DNA of 64,000 nucleotides from Elusimicrobiota bacterium (lineage in GTDB: Bacteria > Elusimicrobiota > Elusimicrobia > Elusimicrobiales > UBA9959), in contig JAINCQ010000020.1 of assembly GCA_036574205.1 (NCBI GenBank), positions 19,688 to 83,687 of the forward strand. Reading direction: 5' to 3'. Shown piece after piece: positions 10,098 to 19,850 of this stretch (within the stretch, counting starts at the first letter, position 1; each line of letters begins with the position of its first letter). The position numbers were made by a program, and so were the translations under genes. Below the pieces are notes generated by a model, which was given only the letters and a program-made list of their open reading frames with translations, had not been told where the DNA came from and did not search any database.

Positions 10098-10775
10098 ATG
10101 AGATCCTTATATTTTTTTGCTTTTTGTTCATTTTTTTTATCTATTTCTATTTTTGCCGAGGATAAAAAAAGAGATTTTTTGATGGGGAGTATTGTAAAAA
10201 GTGATTTATGGGAGATAGATCGTAAGAATAATATTGAGTATTTTAAAAAAAATGTTTCATTCAGAAATGATAGATTTTTTTTTAAATCAGATAACGCAAT
10301 TTATGATCATAATAATAAAAAATGGAATGCTTATGGAAATGTTTATGCTAAAGACAATATAGAGAAAAACTCTTTTATTGAAGTTTTTTGTGGTAAAGCA
10401 AATTATAATGAAAATAATGAAGAAGTGTTTATGGAGTCATTTCCAGATAAAAACAAGTTTATATATTATAATGATAATAAATATCCTTATACTGCCTATT
10501 CATATAAAGCAATTGCAAACAATTTCTCAAAGGAGATACTTTTTACAGGAGCCTTTGAACTTCATACATCAAGTATTTCTGCTTATAGCGATAATGCTTT
10601 TTATAGAGAGATTGATAAAACTTTTGAATTAACATCTTCCCCTTATCTTACAGGTTCAAACCACTCTTATAATTTTAAAATTACAGGAGAAAAGATAAAG
10701 ATTTTCAAAGATGAACGGAAAGCATATATTACAGATAATATATATGGAGTTATAAGTTCTGAAAAAAAAGAATAA
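10098..10775 (+). CDS. Periplasmic OstA/LptA-like protein (putative LPS transport)
   Basis: Signal peptide, beta-rich sequence with A-x-Y-D...GNV-type OstA-like strands, and a position immediately upstream of lptB. Confidence 0.45.
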   Translation: MRSLYFFAFCSFFLSISIFAEDKKRDFLMGSIVKSDLWEIDRKNNIEYFKKNVSFRNDRFFFKSDNAIYDHNNKKWNAYGNVYAKDNIEKNSFIEVFCGKANYNENNEEVFMESFPDKNKFIYYNDNKYPYTAYSYKAIANNFSKEILFTGAFELHTSSISAYSDNAFYREIDKTFELTSSPYLTGSNHSYNFKITGEKIKIFKDERKAYITDNIYGVISSEKKE

Positions 10776-10786
10776 AATCTTTCAAT

Positions 10787-11506
10787 ATGAAACTTGAAAC
10801 TAAAAAACTTGTAAAAATATACAATAAAAAGAGAGTTGTAAATGGAATATCAATATCGATTTCTTCAGGTGAGATAGTTGGACTTCTTGGTCCAAATGGG
10901 GCAGGAAAATCCACAACATTCAATATGATAATAGGGTTTATTGAACCTGATGAGGGGAAGGTATTTCTTGATGAAAGAGATATATCTTTAGAACCGGTTT
11001 ATAAAAGAGCAAGACTTGGACTTGGATATCTGGCACAGGAGCCTACTATATTCAGGGAATTAACTGTAGAAGAAAATCTTATAGCCATAATTGAAAGAAA
11101 CGAAAAAGATAAGAAAATAATTAATGACAGAGCTTCTGATCTTCTTAAAGAATTTTCTATCGAGCATCTAAAAAAACAAAAGGCCTCTACCCTTTCAGGA
11201 GGAGAAAAAAGAAGACTTGAAGTAGCAAGGGTTATGGTAAACAACCCAAAAATTATAATGCTGGACGAGCCCTTTGTAGGGATAGACCCTATAACTGTTA
11301 ATGATCTTAAAAATATCATAAAACACCTTAAAAAAAAGGGTATAGGAATTTTAATAAGCGATCATAATGTGAGAGAAACTCTTTCAATAGTGGATAGGGC
11401 ATATTTAATATACAGGGGTGAGGTTCTTGTAGAAGGGGACTCAAAGAAGCTTACTGCTGATGAAAGGGCAAGAAAGTTTTATCTTGGCGATGATTTTTCT
11501 TTGTAA
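10787..11506 (+). CDS. lptB: LPS export ABC transporter ATP-binding protein
   Basis: Walker A GPNGAGKST, LSGGEKRRLEVAR, Walker B IIMLDEP and the C-terminal KFYLGDDFSL tail typical of LptB. Confidence 0.85.
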   Translation: MKLETKKLVKIYNKKRVVNGISISISSGEIVGLLGPNGAGKSTTFNMIIGFIEPDEGKVFLDERDISLEPVYKRARLGLGYLAQEPTIFRELTVEENLIAIIERNEKDKKIINDRASDLLKEFSIEHLKKQKASTLSGGEKRRLEVARVMVNNPKIIMLDEPFVGIDPITVNDLKNIIKHLKKKGIGILISDHNVRETLSIVDRAYLIYRGEVLVEGDSKKLTADERARKFYLGDDFSL

Positions 11507-11508
11507 AG

Positions 11509-12042
11509 ATGAAAAAATTTTTTTTGATTTCGATTTTATTTTTGTTTTCCTGTAATAGAAATAAAGATGAAATATTTATCAGCAAAAATACTTTTATAAA
11601 AAAACTATCAATAGATCATATTAAAGACAATGAAAAAAGATGGACGCTTTTCTGCGATAACGCTATAGTTGATGAAGAAAAAAACTTTTTTAAATGTTAT
11701 AAGACAAAAATAAAGGTTTACAAGGATAATAAGATTGCTTCAATTATAACATCTGAAACTGGATATGGGGATATTTCTGTTAATTCTTTTTATCTTAAAA
11801 ATAATTGTCAGATTATATCATATCTGGAAAACATTGACCTTCTAACCCAAACAATAAATTTTGACTCAAAAAATGAAAAAATTTATTCCAAAGATATAAC
11901 AAAAATATTAAGAAAAAAAGAAAACATAGAGATTATTTCAAAAGGTTTTGAGGCAAAAAGCGATCTTTCCAATATAAAATTTTTTAATCACACCACCCAT
12001 ATGATAAACAGTAATTTGCATGACATAAAACCCAAAATATAA
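11509..12042 (+). CDS. Putative lipoprotein, possibly LptC-like
   Basis: Lipobox-like LFLFSC and a beta-rich 177-aa body. It starts 2 nt after the lptB stop. The assignment rests on context only. Confidence 0.3.
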   Translation: MKKFFLISILFLFSCNRNKDEIFISKNTFIKKLSIDHIKDNEKRWTLFCDNAIVDEEKNFFKCYKTKIKVYKDNKIASIITSETGYGDISVNSFYLKNNCQIISYLENIDLLTQTINFDSKNEKIYSKDITKILRKKENIEIISKGFEAKSDLSNIKFFNHTTHMINSNLHDIKPKI

Positions 12043-12045
12043 ACC

Positions 12046-13017
12046 CTATATTATTCCTTCTTTTATCAGATCCCTTTCGTCTATTATCCCTACTACTTTT
12101 TTAGAATCATCAACTACTGGAATATTGTCTATCTTTTTGGAATGCATTATATTGGCCGCCAGTATTGCCATTTCATTTTGATTTATTGAAATTGGATCTC
12201 TGGTCATATGTTTTTTTATGCTGTCTTGAAGTTTTATGTTATTAAAGTTTCTTCTTATATCCCCATCAGTAAAAAAACCAACAAGCCTTTTTTTTGAATC
12301 AACTACTGAAACCGCTCCAACCGATGTTTTTGTCATAGCAGAAATCGCATCTTTTATTTTTTTGTCAGCGGAGATAACTGGATTGGCTTTTCCTTTTCTC
12401 ATTATATCAGAAACTTTTACATAAAGTAATCTTCCTATATTTCCACCAGGATGATTTAGAGCAAAATCTTTTTTACCATATCCTTTCATTTTCATTAATG
12501 TTATAGCAATAACATCACCAAAAACCATCATTGCAGTTGTTGAAGATGTAGGAACTATGTTATGTGGACACGCCTCGCCGGGAGTTTTAAGATTAATGGT
12601 TATATCTGAAATAGATGATATTTTAGAGTTTTCATTATTAGTAATAGCGATTATCTTAACTCCCTTCTTTTTTATAATAGCAGCAAACTTATTTGTTTCT
12701 GATGTGTCGCCTGAGTTTGAAAATAAAATAGCAATATCTTCTTTGAATATTATTCCAAGTTCGCCATGAAGCGCTTCTACAGGATGAATAAAAAGACTTT
12801 GAGTTCCAGTTGAAACCAGTGTAGAAGCTATTTTTTGAGCCACAAGCCCTGATTTCCCAACACCGCTTAATATTATCTTACCTTTTGAATTTAATATTAA
12901 ATCCATCATTTTTAAAAAATTTTTATTTATGGCTTTATCCTTCAAAGATTTTAAAGCATCAATCTCAGATTCAATAACTGCTTTTGCAAACTTTATTATA
13001 TTCTGTTTCTCTATCAT
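12046..13017 (-). CDS. kdsD: Arabinose-5-phosphate isomerase (SIS + tandem CBS)
   Basis: SIS motif ILSGVGKSG...FSNSG.T.E followed by two CBS domains, within a Kdo gene context. Confidence 0.85.
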   Translation of the reverse strand: MIEKQNIIKFAKAVIESEIDALKSLKDKAINKNFLKMMDLILNSKGKIILSGVGKSGLVAQKIASTLVSTGTQSLFIHPVEALHGELGIIFKEDIAILFSNSGDTSETNKFAAIIKKKGVKIIAITNNENSKISSISDITINLKTPGEACPHNIVPTSSTTAMMVFGDVIAITLMKMKGYGKKDFALNHPGGNIGRLLYVKVSDIMRKGKANPVISADKKIKDAISAMTKTSVGAVSVVDSKKRLVGFFTDGDIRRNFNNIKLQDSIKKHMTRDPISINQNEMAILAANIMHSKKIDNIPVVDDSKKVVGIIDERDLIKEGII

Positions 13018-13283
13018 GGCTGGGGTTTTTTATATGGATAAAGCCAGGGGGTCATTTCGGCTGGAATTATCCTTTGATCGTAAGGAGGCGGAAGTTTATG
13101 TAAAATGCCGCTTAATAGAAAATATAAAACCCCCAGGGTTATATAGATAATTGAAAGAGTTTTAATATGCCACTTAGTATCACAGAACCAAACGGGAGGT
13201 TTAGATAGATCTTTGCCGCATTTTTTACAAAACTTTAGATTAGCTTTATTTTCAAAACCACAGTCCGGACACTTCATAACCAC
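13014..13283 (-). CDS. Zinc-ribbon plus single-TM protein of unknown function
   Basis: CPDCGFEN...CKKCG zinc ribbon, then one TM helix (LSIIYITLGVLYFLLSGIL). It overlaps the kdsD start by 4 nt. Confidence 0.5.
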   Translation of the reverse strand: MVMKCPDCGFENKANLKFCKKCGKDLSKPPVWFCDTKWHIKTLSIIYITLGVLYFLLSGILHKLPPPYDQRIIPAEMTPWLYPYKKPQP

Positions 13284-13284
13284 C

Positions 13285-14118
13285 TCACATAATAGATTTT
13301 ACCAATTTATCCAATTTATTTAAAATACTCACATAACTTTTTACTTCAGCAAGCGGAAGTGAATTACTTCCATCGGATAACGCCTTTTCTGGATTTATGT
13401 GAGTTTCAAAAAAAACACCTGCAATTCCCTGAGCAACCGCAGATTTAGAAAGTGGAAGAATAAATTGCCTGTCTCCCCCTGTTTTAAAAGCAAGTCCGCC
13501 AGGTCTTTGAACTGAGTGTGTGGCGTCAAAAACGATTGGATAGCCAAATTGCTTCATTATTTCAAAACCTCTCATATCCACGACAAGATTGTTATAACCA
13601 AAAGTAGTTCCTCGTTCAGTAATTATGATTTTATTATTCTTAGTAGATTCTATTTTTTTTATTATATTTTCCACTTCATATGGCGATAAAAACTGTCCTT
13701 TTTTAACATTAACAGCTTTTTGAGTTTCACCTGCAGCCAGAACCAAATCAGTCTGCCTGCACAAAAAGGCGGGTATCTGTATTATATCCGCTACCTCTTT
13801 AACTTTTTGAGCCTGATCAGGAAGATGTATATCAACCAATATTGGCAGTTTAAATTTTTGTTTTACAGTTTTAAGTATTTCAATTGCTTTATCAAACCCG
13901 ATCCCCCTAAAAGAATTTATTGAACTTCTATTTGCCTTGTCAAATGAAGCCTTTGCTACAAATTTAGAGTTTAAGATTTCAAAATATTTTTTTAAATCCG
14001 AAATAGTTTTAAGATAATTATCCCTGCTTTCTATAACACAGGTTCCAGCTATATACACAAGCGGCAGATCGTTTGAAAAGATTATATCATCTGATATCTT
14101 AACCACTTTAGATTTCAT
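13285..14118 (-). CDS. kdsA: 3-deoxy-8-phosphooctulonate (Kdo-8-P) synthase
   Basis: 277 aa with KASFDKANRSS, IPAFLCRQTDL and FDATHSVQ motifs. Confidence 0.9.
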   Translation of the reverse strand: MKSKVVKISDDIIFSNDLPLVYIAGTCVIESRDNYLKTISDLKKYFEILNSKFVAKASFDKANRSSINSFRGIGFDKAIEILKTVKQKFKLPILVDIHLPDQAQKVKEVADIIQIPAFLCRQTDLVLAAGETQKAVNVKKGQFLSPYEVENIIKKIESTKNNKIIITERGTTFGYNNLVVDMRGFEIMKQFGYPIVFDATHSVQRPGGLAFKTGGDRQFILPLSKSAVAQGIAGVFFETHINPEKALSDGSNSLPLAEVKSYVSILNKLDKLVKSIM

Positions 14119-15712
14119 CAGCTCTCCTTAAAAGACATGTTTTCACAAAATTAACAAATAAAGGATGCGGGGAAAGCGGTCTTGAGTTAAATTCGGGATG
14201 AAACTGAACACCTATAAAAAATGGATGATTTTTGTACTCTATTATTTCAACAAGTTTATCTTTAGAGTTAAAACCTGATATCTTCATTCCTTTTTTTTCA
14301 AATTTTTGAATGTAAATATTATTGAATTCAAATCTATGTCTGTGCCTTTCCAAAATAGTGGTCTTTTCATAAATTCTATATGCAAGTGTCCCTTTTTTGA
14401 TAGAACATGGATAATTTCCAAGTCTCATTGTTCCACCCTTATTAACATTTTTCTGTCCTTCTATCAATGTTATTACAGGATCTTTGGTCTTAGGATTAAA
14501 TTCAAGGGAATGTGCTGTTTTAAGGTTTAAAACATTTCTTGCAAACTCTATCGCAGCACATTGCATTCCAAGACATATTCCAAGAAAAGGGACTCCATTT
14601 TCTCTTGCTATTTTTATAGCATATATTTTGCCTTCTATTCCTCTTTCACCAAAACCACCTGGTATTATAAGTCCATTTGCACTTTTTATTGTGTTTTCTA
14701 TAAAATCAAATTTTTCTTCTGTATCAAGATATACTATTTCAAGATTAGCATCATTGGCAATAGAAGCGTGAAGCAGTGCTTCATTAAGCGATTTATAGGA
14801 ATCTTTAAGTTTCGTATATTTTCCAGCCATAACTATGCTGATTTTTCTGTATTTATCCATTTCTTTTACTTTAGAAACAAACCTTTCCCAGTCTTTCGCA
14901 TCATATTGATTACTTCTAAGTCTTAAAAGCATCATTATCTGTTCGTCTATTCCCTGTTTTTTTAAAAGTTCAGGGACTTCATAAATACTTTTCACATTAT
15001 GCACTTCTATTATAGCCTCAAGTGGGACAGAAGAAAATAACGCTATTTTTTTCTTAAGCTCAGAGTTCAAAGGTTTTTCAGATCTAGTAACTATTATGTC
15101 TGGATCTATCCCTATCTCCCTTAATTTTGTGACTGAATGTTGAGTAGGCTTTGTTTTAAGCTCATCAGTTGAGCTTAGATATGGCACAAGCGTCACATGA
15201 ATATAAATCACATCACTTGTATTTCTATTTATTTTCATTTGTCTTGCAGCTTCTAAAAAAGGAAGGCTTTCTATATCTCCAACAGTCCCTCCTATTTCTA
15301 TTATAACTATATCATATCCTTCTCCAGCTTTTATGAATCTATTCTTAATTTCATCTGTAAGATGTGGAATTATCTGGACAGTCTGTCCCAGATAAAGTCC
15401 TTTTCTTTCCTTTTCTATAACAGCGCTATAAACTTTTCCTTCGGTTATGTTACTGTCAGAAGACATCTTTACTTCCACAAACCTTTCATAATGTCCTAAG
15501 TCAAGATCTGTTTCAGCTCCATCTTCAGTAACAAAAACCTCACCATGCTGAAATGGGCTCATAGTTCCAGCGTCAACATTTAGATAAGGGTCACACTTTA
15601 TCATATTGATCTTAAATCCATGAGATTTCAATAACCTGCCAATTGATGCGCTTGTTATTCCTTTTCCAAGCGAACTAACAACCCCACCAGTTATGAATAT
15701 ATATTTAGCCAT
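14108..15712 (-). CDS. pyrG: CTP synthase
   Basis: MAKYIFITGGVVSSLGKGI N-terminus and a glutamine amidotransferase domain with GICLGMQ and HRHRFE. Confidence 0.95.
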   Translation of the reverse strand: MAKYIFITGGVVSSLGKGITSASIGRLLKSHGFKINMIKCDPYLNVDAGTMSPFQHGEVFVTEDGAETDLDLGHYERFVEVKMSSDSNITEGKVYSAVIEKERKGLYLGQTVQIIPHLTDEIKNRFIKAGEGYDIVIIEIGGTVGDIESLPFLEAARQMKINRNTSDVIYIHVTLVPYLSSTDELKTKPTQHSVTKLREIGIDPDIIVTRSEKPLNSELKKKIALFSSVPLEAIIEVHNVKSIYEVPELLKKQGIDEQIMMLLRLRSNQYDAKDWERFVSKVKEMDKYRKISIVMAGKYTKLKDSYKSLNEALLHASIANDANLEIVYLDTEEKFDFIENTIKSANGLIIPGGFGERGIEGKIYAIKIARENGVPFLGICLGMQCAAIEFARNVLNLKTAHSLEFNPKTKDPVITLIEGQKNVNKGGTMRLGNYPCSIKKGTLAYRIYEKTTILERHRHRFEFNNIYIQKFEKKGMKISGFNSKDKLVEIIEYKNHPFFIGVQFHPEFNSRPLSPHPLFVNFVKTCLLRRADEI

Positions 15713-15731
15713 AAAACCTCCAGAAAATAAT

Positions 15732-16472
15732 CTATTTAATGTTTTGAGCGTAATTCTCCGCTTTCTTTATATCAGCAGGAACATCTATTGCCGGTCCTTG
15801 ATCTTTAACTAAAACAGTCCCTATAATAAATCCATTATCAATAGCTCTTAACTGCTCAAGCCTTTCAAGAACTTCGTTTTTAGTTTGGGGGAGAGAAACA
15901 AATTTTCTTAAAGACTCTTTCCTGTAAACATAAATACCGCAATGTTTAAAATATGGGACTTTTTCTGACAATTTAGAAAGGCTATGATGATATGGGATAG
16001 GTAACCTTGAAAAATAAACTGCCCTTCCATCATTTCCGATAGCTACTTTTACGCAATTTGGATTATTTATATCTTTAATGTCAGATATTTTTGATACAAC
16101 AGTTGTTATATCAAATAAGTTTTTTTCTTTAATTTTAAGCCAGGCTTTTCTTATTGTATCAGATTTTATAAAAGGTTCATCAGCCTGCAAATTTACCACT
16201 ATGTCATAATCTTTATTTTTAACCACCTCCCATACTCTATCACTTCCAGATTGGCATTTTTCACTGGTCATTACCGCCTTTGCATTTATTTTAATAGCAA
16301 AATTCATAACTTTTTCATTTTCCGTTGCAATAATGATCTCATCAGCTATATTAGCTTTTGCGGCCTTTTCCCATACCCATTGAAGGATAGGTTTTCCTAA
16401 AAGTGGGAATAGGACTTTTCCAGGAAATCTAGTTGAAGCGTAACGCGCTGGTATAACTATTACTGTTTTCAT
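15732..16472 (-). CDS. kdsB: 3-deoxy-manno-octulosonate cytidylyltransferase (CMP-Kdo synthetase)
   Basis: VIPARYASTRFPGK N-terminus, NLQADEP motif, 246 aa. Confidence 0.9.
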   Translation of the reverse strand: MKTVIVIPARYASTRFPGKVLFPLLGKPILQWVWEKAAKANIADEIIIATENEKVMNFAIKINAKAVMTSEKCQSGSDRVWEVVKNKDYDIVVNLQADEPFIKSDTIRKAWLKIKEKNLFDITTVVSKISDIKDINNPNCVKVAIGNDGRAVYFSRLPIPYHHSLSKLSEKVPYFKHCGIYVYRKESLRKFVSLPQTKNEVLERLEQLRAIDNGFIIGTVLVKDQGPAIDVPADIKKAENYAQNIK

Positions 16473-17473
16473 TTATTTATAGCCTCTATTAGTTCCTCAA
16501 CAGTTGCTGTAGCTGTTCCTAATTTGGCAACAACTATCCCTGCAGCATAGTTTGATATAACCGCTGAAGTTAATATATCCTTTGAGCAGGCATAAGCAAG
16601 AGAAAGAACCGATATTACGGTATCACCTGCTCCAGTTACATCATAAACTTCTCTTGCTTCTGTGGGTATATGAGAGATTTTGATTTTACCATTAAAATTA
16701 TCAAAAACTGTCATCCCATTTTCGCTCTGAGTTATTATAAGAGATTTTAACCTTAGCTTTTTAACTATTTCAACTCCAAGCTTCTCTATATCTTTCTGTT
16801 CCTTTGATTCAATTTTTCTCATTCCAGAAAAAGCTTCAGTAATATTAGGGGTCATAGATGTTATTTTTTTATATGAAAAAAAATGTTCTATTTTTGGATC
16901 TACAAAAATTGGAATATTAAATAAGTTAGCTTTTGAAATAGAATATTCAATTATTTCCTTTGAAAGGACTCCCTTGCCATAATCAGATAAAATGATAGCA
17001 TCAACTTTCTTTTTTATCACCTCATCTATGTTATATAATATTTTCTTTTTAATTTCATGGGTATAGGAAAATTTTACTTCCTTATCTATTCTTACTATCT
17101 GTTGATGTTCAGCTATCGCCCTCGTTTTTTCTGGAGTTTTTTGAAAATCACTTTTTATTATATAATCTGTATATATATTGCCTTTTTTCCCAATCATTGA
17201 TAAGATCTCATCACTAGCCAAATCGTTTCCTATGACTGATACAAGATATGATTTAGCTCCAAGATCTGATATGTTATTTGCCACATTGCTTGCTCCACCG
17301 AAAGAAGTTTTTTGCGAAACTACCTCAAGCACAGGAACCGGCGCTTCCGGAGATATTCTTTTCACTTTCCCAAATATATATCTATCAAGAATTATATCCC
17401 CGATTATGGCTATTTTTTTATTTTTAAACTCTTTTATTATTTTAAGAAGGGTTTGTTTTGATTTTCTATCCAT
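16469..17473 (-). CDS. hldA: D-glycero-beta-D-manno-heptose-7-phosphate kinase (RfaE domain I, PfkB family)
   Basis: PfkB-type ribokinase fold with DVTGAGDT near the C-terminus. At 334 aa it has no adenylyltransferase domain. Heptose/Kdo context. Confidence 0.8.
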   Translation of the reverse strand: MDRKSKQTLLKIIKEFKNKKIAIIGDIILDRYIFGKVKRISPEAPVPVLEVVSQKTSFGGASNVANNISDLGAKSYLVSVIGNDLASDEILSMIGKKGNIYTDYIIKSDFQKTPEKTRAIAEHQQIVRIDKEVKFSYTHEIKKKILYNIDEVIKKKVDAIILSDYGKGVLSKEIIEYSISKANLFNIPIFVDPKIEHFFSYKKITSMTPNITEAFSGMRKIESKEQKDIEKLGVEIVKKLRLKSLIITQSENGMTVFDNFNGKIKISHIPTEAREVYDVTGAGDTVISVLSLAYACSKDILTSAVISNYAAGIVVAKLGTATATVEELIEAINK

Positions 17474-17572
17474 ATAATATATTATATTAAAGAATAGTTA
17501 ATACAAAAAGTTTTTTTGAATATTTAACTCAATTTTTTTAAAGGCCAGTTTTTTTATATATAATTATATGAG

Positions 17573-19051
17573 ATGAAAAAAATACTCATTATAAGATTTT
17601 CTTCCCTTGGCGATATAATACTTACTTTTCCTGTTCTTAAAAACATAAAGCTTAATGACAAAAACATCAAAATTTTTTATCTTACGAAAAAAAACTTTTC
17701 AGCTGTTTTACGATCAAATCCAAATGTGGATAAGGTTTTGGAGTTTAATGGTTTTTTAAATACAATTTCGCTTTTAAGAAAAGAAAAGTTTGATATTTTA
17801 ATAGACCTTCACTCAAATCTTAGAAGTTTTATTTTTACCAGATTTATTATTTCTAAAATAAAAATAAGATATAATAAAGATTCCATATACAGACGACTTT
17901 TCGTTAACTTCAGGTATATATCTCCAAGATTAAAAAAACATGTGGTGGAAAAATATCTTGAGACTATTTCAAAATTAGGGTTTAAAATTTATTCAAAAGA
18001 TTTAGAGATAGAAAATGTAAATCTTTCACAACAATTAGAAAAAAAACCAAAAAAAATTTTAATTATACAAACTGCGTTTTTAGGCGATTTATTTTTAACA
18101 CTTCCAATGATAAAGGAAATAAAATCTAAAATTAAAGATTCTTATGTCGCTATCTTAATAAGAGGCGAAAATGAAAAAGCTGTTGAAAAGGTAGAAGGTA
18201 TTGATGAAATAATTTCTGATTGGAAAACAGAGAGAAGTTTTTTTTCTGAGTTTAAAAGACTATTAACTTTAATAAAATCCAAAAACTTTGAGATAGCGAT
18301 AATTCCTCATAGATCATTAAGATCAGCTATGCTTGCTTTTCTTGCAGGAATTAAAATAAGAATAGGATTTGATATTAAACCAGCTTCTTTATTTTATACA
18401 CATGTTTTACCATTTGAGTGGCTTATACATGATTCCAAAAGAAACAGTATGCTTCTTTCTCCATTAATTGGCACAAATCTTATAGAATTTCCAGAGATAA
18501 AAGAAGATTTGGGTGAAAAATTTTCAATTCTTTCAAAGATTTCTCCTCTTATAGTTTTAAACACCTCTTCTGTCTGGCCAACAAAAAGATGGCCAGATTA
18601 TAAGTTCATAGAATTATCTTTGAAATTATATGAAAAATATAAGGCTCCTGTGGTGTTGATAGGAAGCAAAAAAGAGGAAAGTTATATAAAAAACATAGAA
18701 AATGCTCTTAGGGAAAAATGTATAAATATAACGGGCAAAACAACACTTGGGGAATTGATATCCATCATAAAAAAAGCTGATGTTTTAATAACAAACGACT
18801 CAGGTCCAATGCATATAGCATCTGCTACTTCAACCCCGGTGATAGCCATATTTGGACCAACGACCAGGGAACTTGGCTTTTATCCTTGGGGGAAACATGC
18901 AAGAGTTATTGAGAAAAAAATTAAATGCAGACCATGCAGACTCCATGGTTCAAATTTATGTCCGAGAGGACATTTTTTATGTATGAAAACAATAAAAGTA
19001 AATGATGTTTTAAACGAGACACAAAAAATTCTAAAATATAAATATGGATAA
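17573..19051 (+). CDS. Glycosyltransferase family 9 (LPS heptosyltransferase-like) with a duplicated N-terminal half-domain
   Basis: Two GT9 N-terminal signatures (KKILIIRFSSLGDIILTFPVLKNIK at aa 2, and KKILIIQTAFLGDLFLTLPMIKEIK at about aa 160). There is only one C-terminal half (GKTTLGELISIIKKADVLITNDSGPMHIA...IFGPT). Confidence 0.75.
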   Translation: MKKILIIRFSSLGDIILTFPVLKNIKLNDKNIKIFYLTKKNFSAVLRSNPNVDKVLEFNGFLNTISLLRKEKFDILIDLHSNLRSFIFTRFIISKIKIRYNKDSIYRRLFVNFRYISPRLKKHVVEKYLETISKLGFKIYSKDLEIENVNLSQQLEKKPKKILIIQTAFLGDLFLTLPMIKEIKSKIKDSYVAILIRGENEKAVEKVEGIDEIISDWKTERSFFSEFKRLLTLIKSKNFEIAIIPHRSLRSAMLAFLAGIKIRIGFDIKPASLFYTHVLPFEWLIHDSKRNSMLLSPLIGTNLIEFPEIKEDLGEKFSILSKISPLIVLNTSSVWPTKRWPDYKFIELSLKLYEKYKAPVVLIGSKKEESYIKNIENALREKCINITGKTTLGELISIIKKADVLITNDSGPMHIASATSTPVIAIFGPTTRELGFYPWGKHARVIEKKIKCRPCRLHGSNLCPRGHFLCMKTIKVNDVLNETQKILKYKYG

Positions 19052-19850
19052 ATTATTATGGGCTTTGCCATTAATTGGAGCTTATTCTTTTAGATGGAGC
19101 TGGTGGTTTAAGAATAAAAAAGGATTAAATGTTCTTGTTTATCATAAAATAGGTTATCCACCAAAAGATAGTAAATTAAAGGAATTATGGGTTACCCCTG
19201 AAAGGTTTGAAAAACATATTTTGTGGCTTAAGAAAAATGGATATAAAGCCATTGTTTTTTCCGAGTTACTAGATTACTATAAAAATAATAAACCTGTAGA
19301 TAATATTGTGCTTATAACTTTTGATGATGGATATGAAAATAATTATAGATATGCTTATCCAATACTAAAAAAATATGACTCAAAAGGGAATATCTTTGTT
19401 GTTTATAACACAATAGGCAATGTGAATATATGGCATAATCCTGAAACTGAGGCGTGGCAAAATATGGCGACAAAGGAAATGCTTATAGAAATGAGCGAAA
19501 GTGGGGTAATTGAATTTGGAGCTCATACAATGAACCATCCACGCCTTGAAAAAATTCCTCTGGAAGATGCGGCTTGGGAAATAAGGGAATCAAAAAAACA
19601 ACTTGAAAATTTATTAGGCAAAGAAATAATTTCTTTTGCTTATCCTTATGGAAATGGAGCTTATAACCAAAAGATAAGAAAAATAGTTCTAAATTCTGGA
19701 TATATCTTTGATTTTAGTTTTAAACAGGGCAAAACCTCCTGGCCCTGGGAAAGAGAAACCAACCCTATAGATAGGCTTTTTATAGAATATGACGACAGTT
19801 GTTTTGATCTTATGCTTCACATCAAAAAAGGAATTGATAGGGTCTTTTGA
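19044..19850 (+). CDS. Polysaccharide deacetylase (NodB homology domain)
   Basis: ITFDDGY and HTMNHP motifs. It overlaps the GT9 stop by 8 nt. Confidence 0.75.
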   Translation: MDKLLWALPLIGAYSFRWSWWFKNKKGLNVLVYHKIGYPPKDSKLKELWVTPERFEKHILWLKKNGYKAIVFSELLDYYKNNKPVDNIVLITFDDGYENNYRYAYPILKKYDSKGNIFVVYNTIGNVNIWHNPETEAWQNMATKEMLIEMSESGVIEFGAHTMNHPRLEKIPLEDAAWEIRESKKQLENLLGKEIISFAYPYGNGAYNQKIRKIVLNSGYIFDFSFKQGKTSWPWERETNPIDRLFIEYDDSCFDLMLHIKKGIDRVF

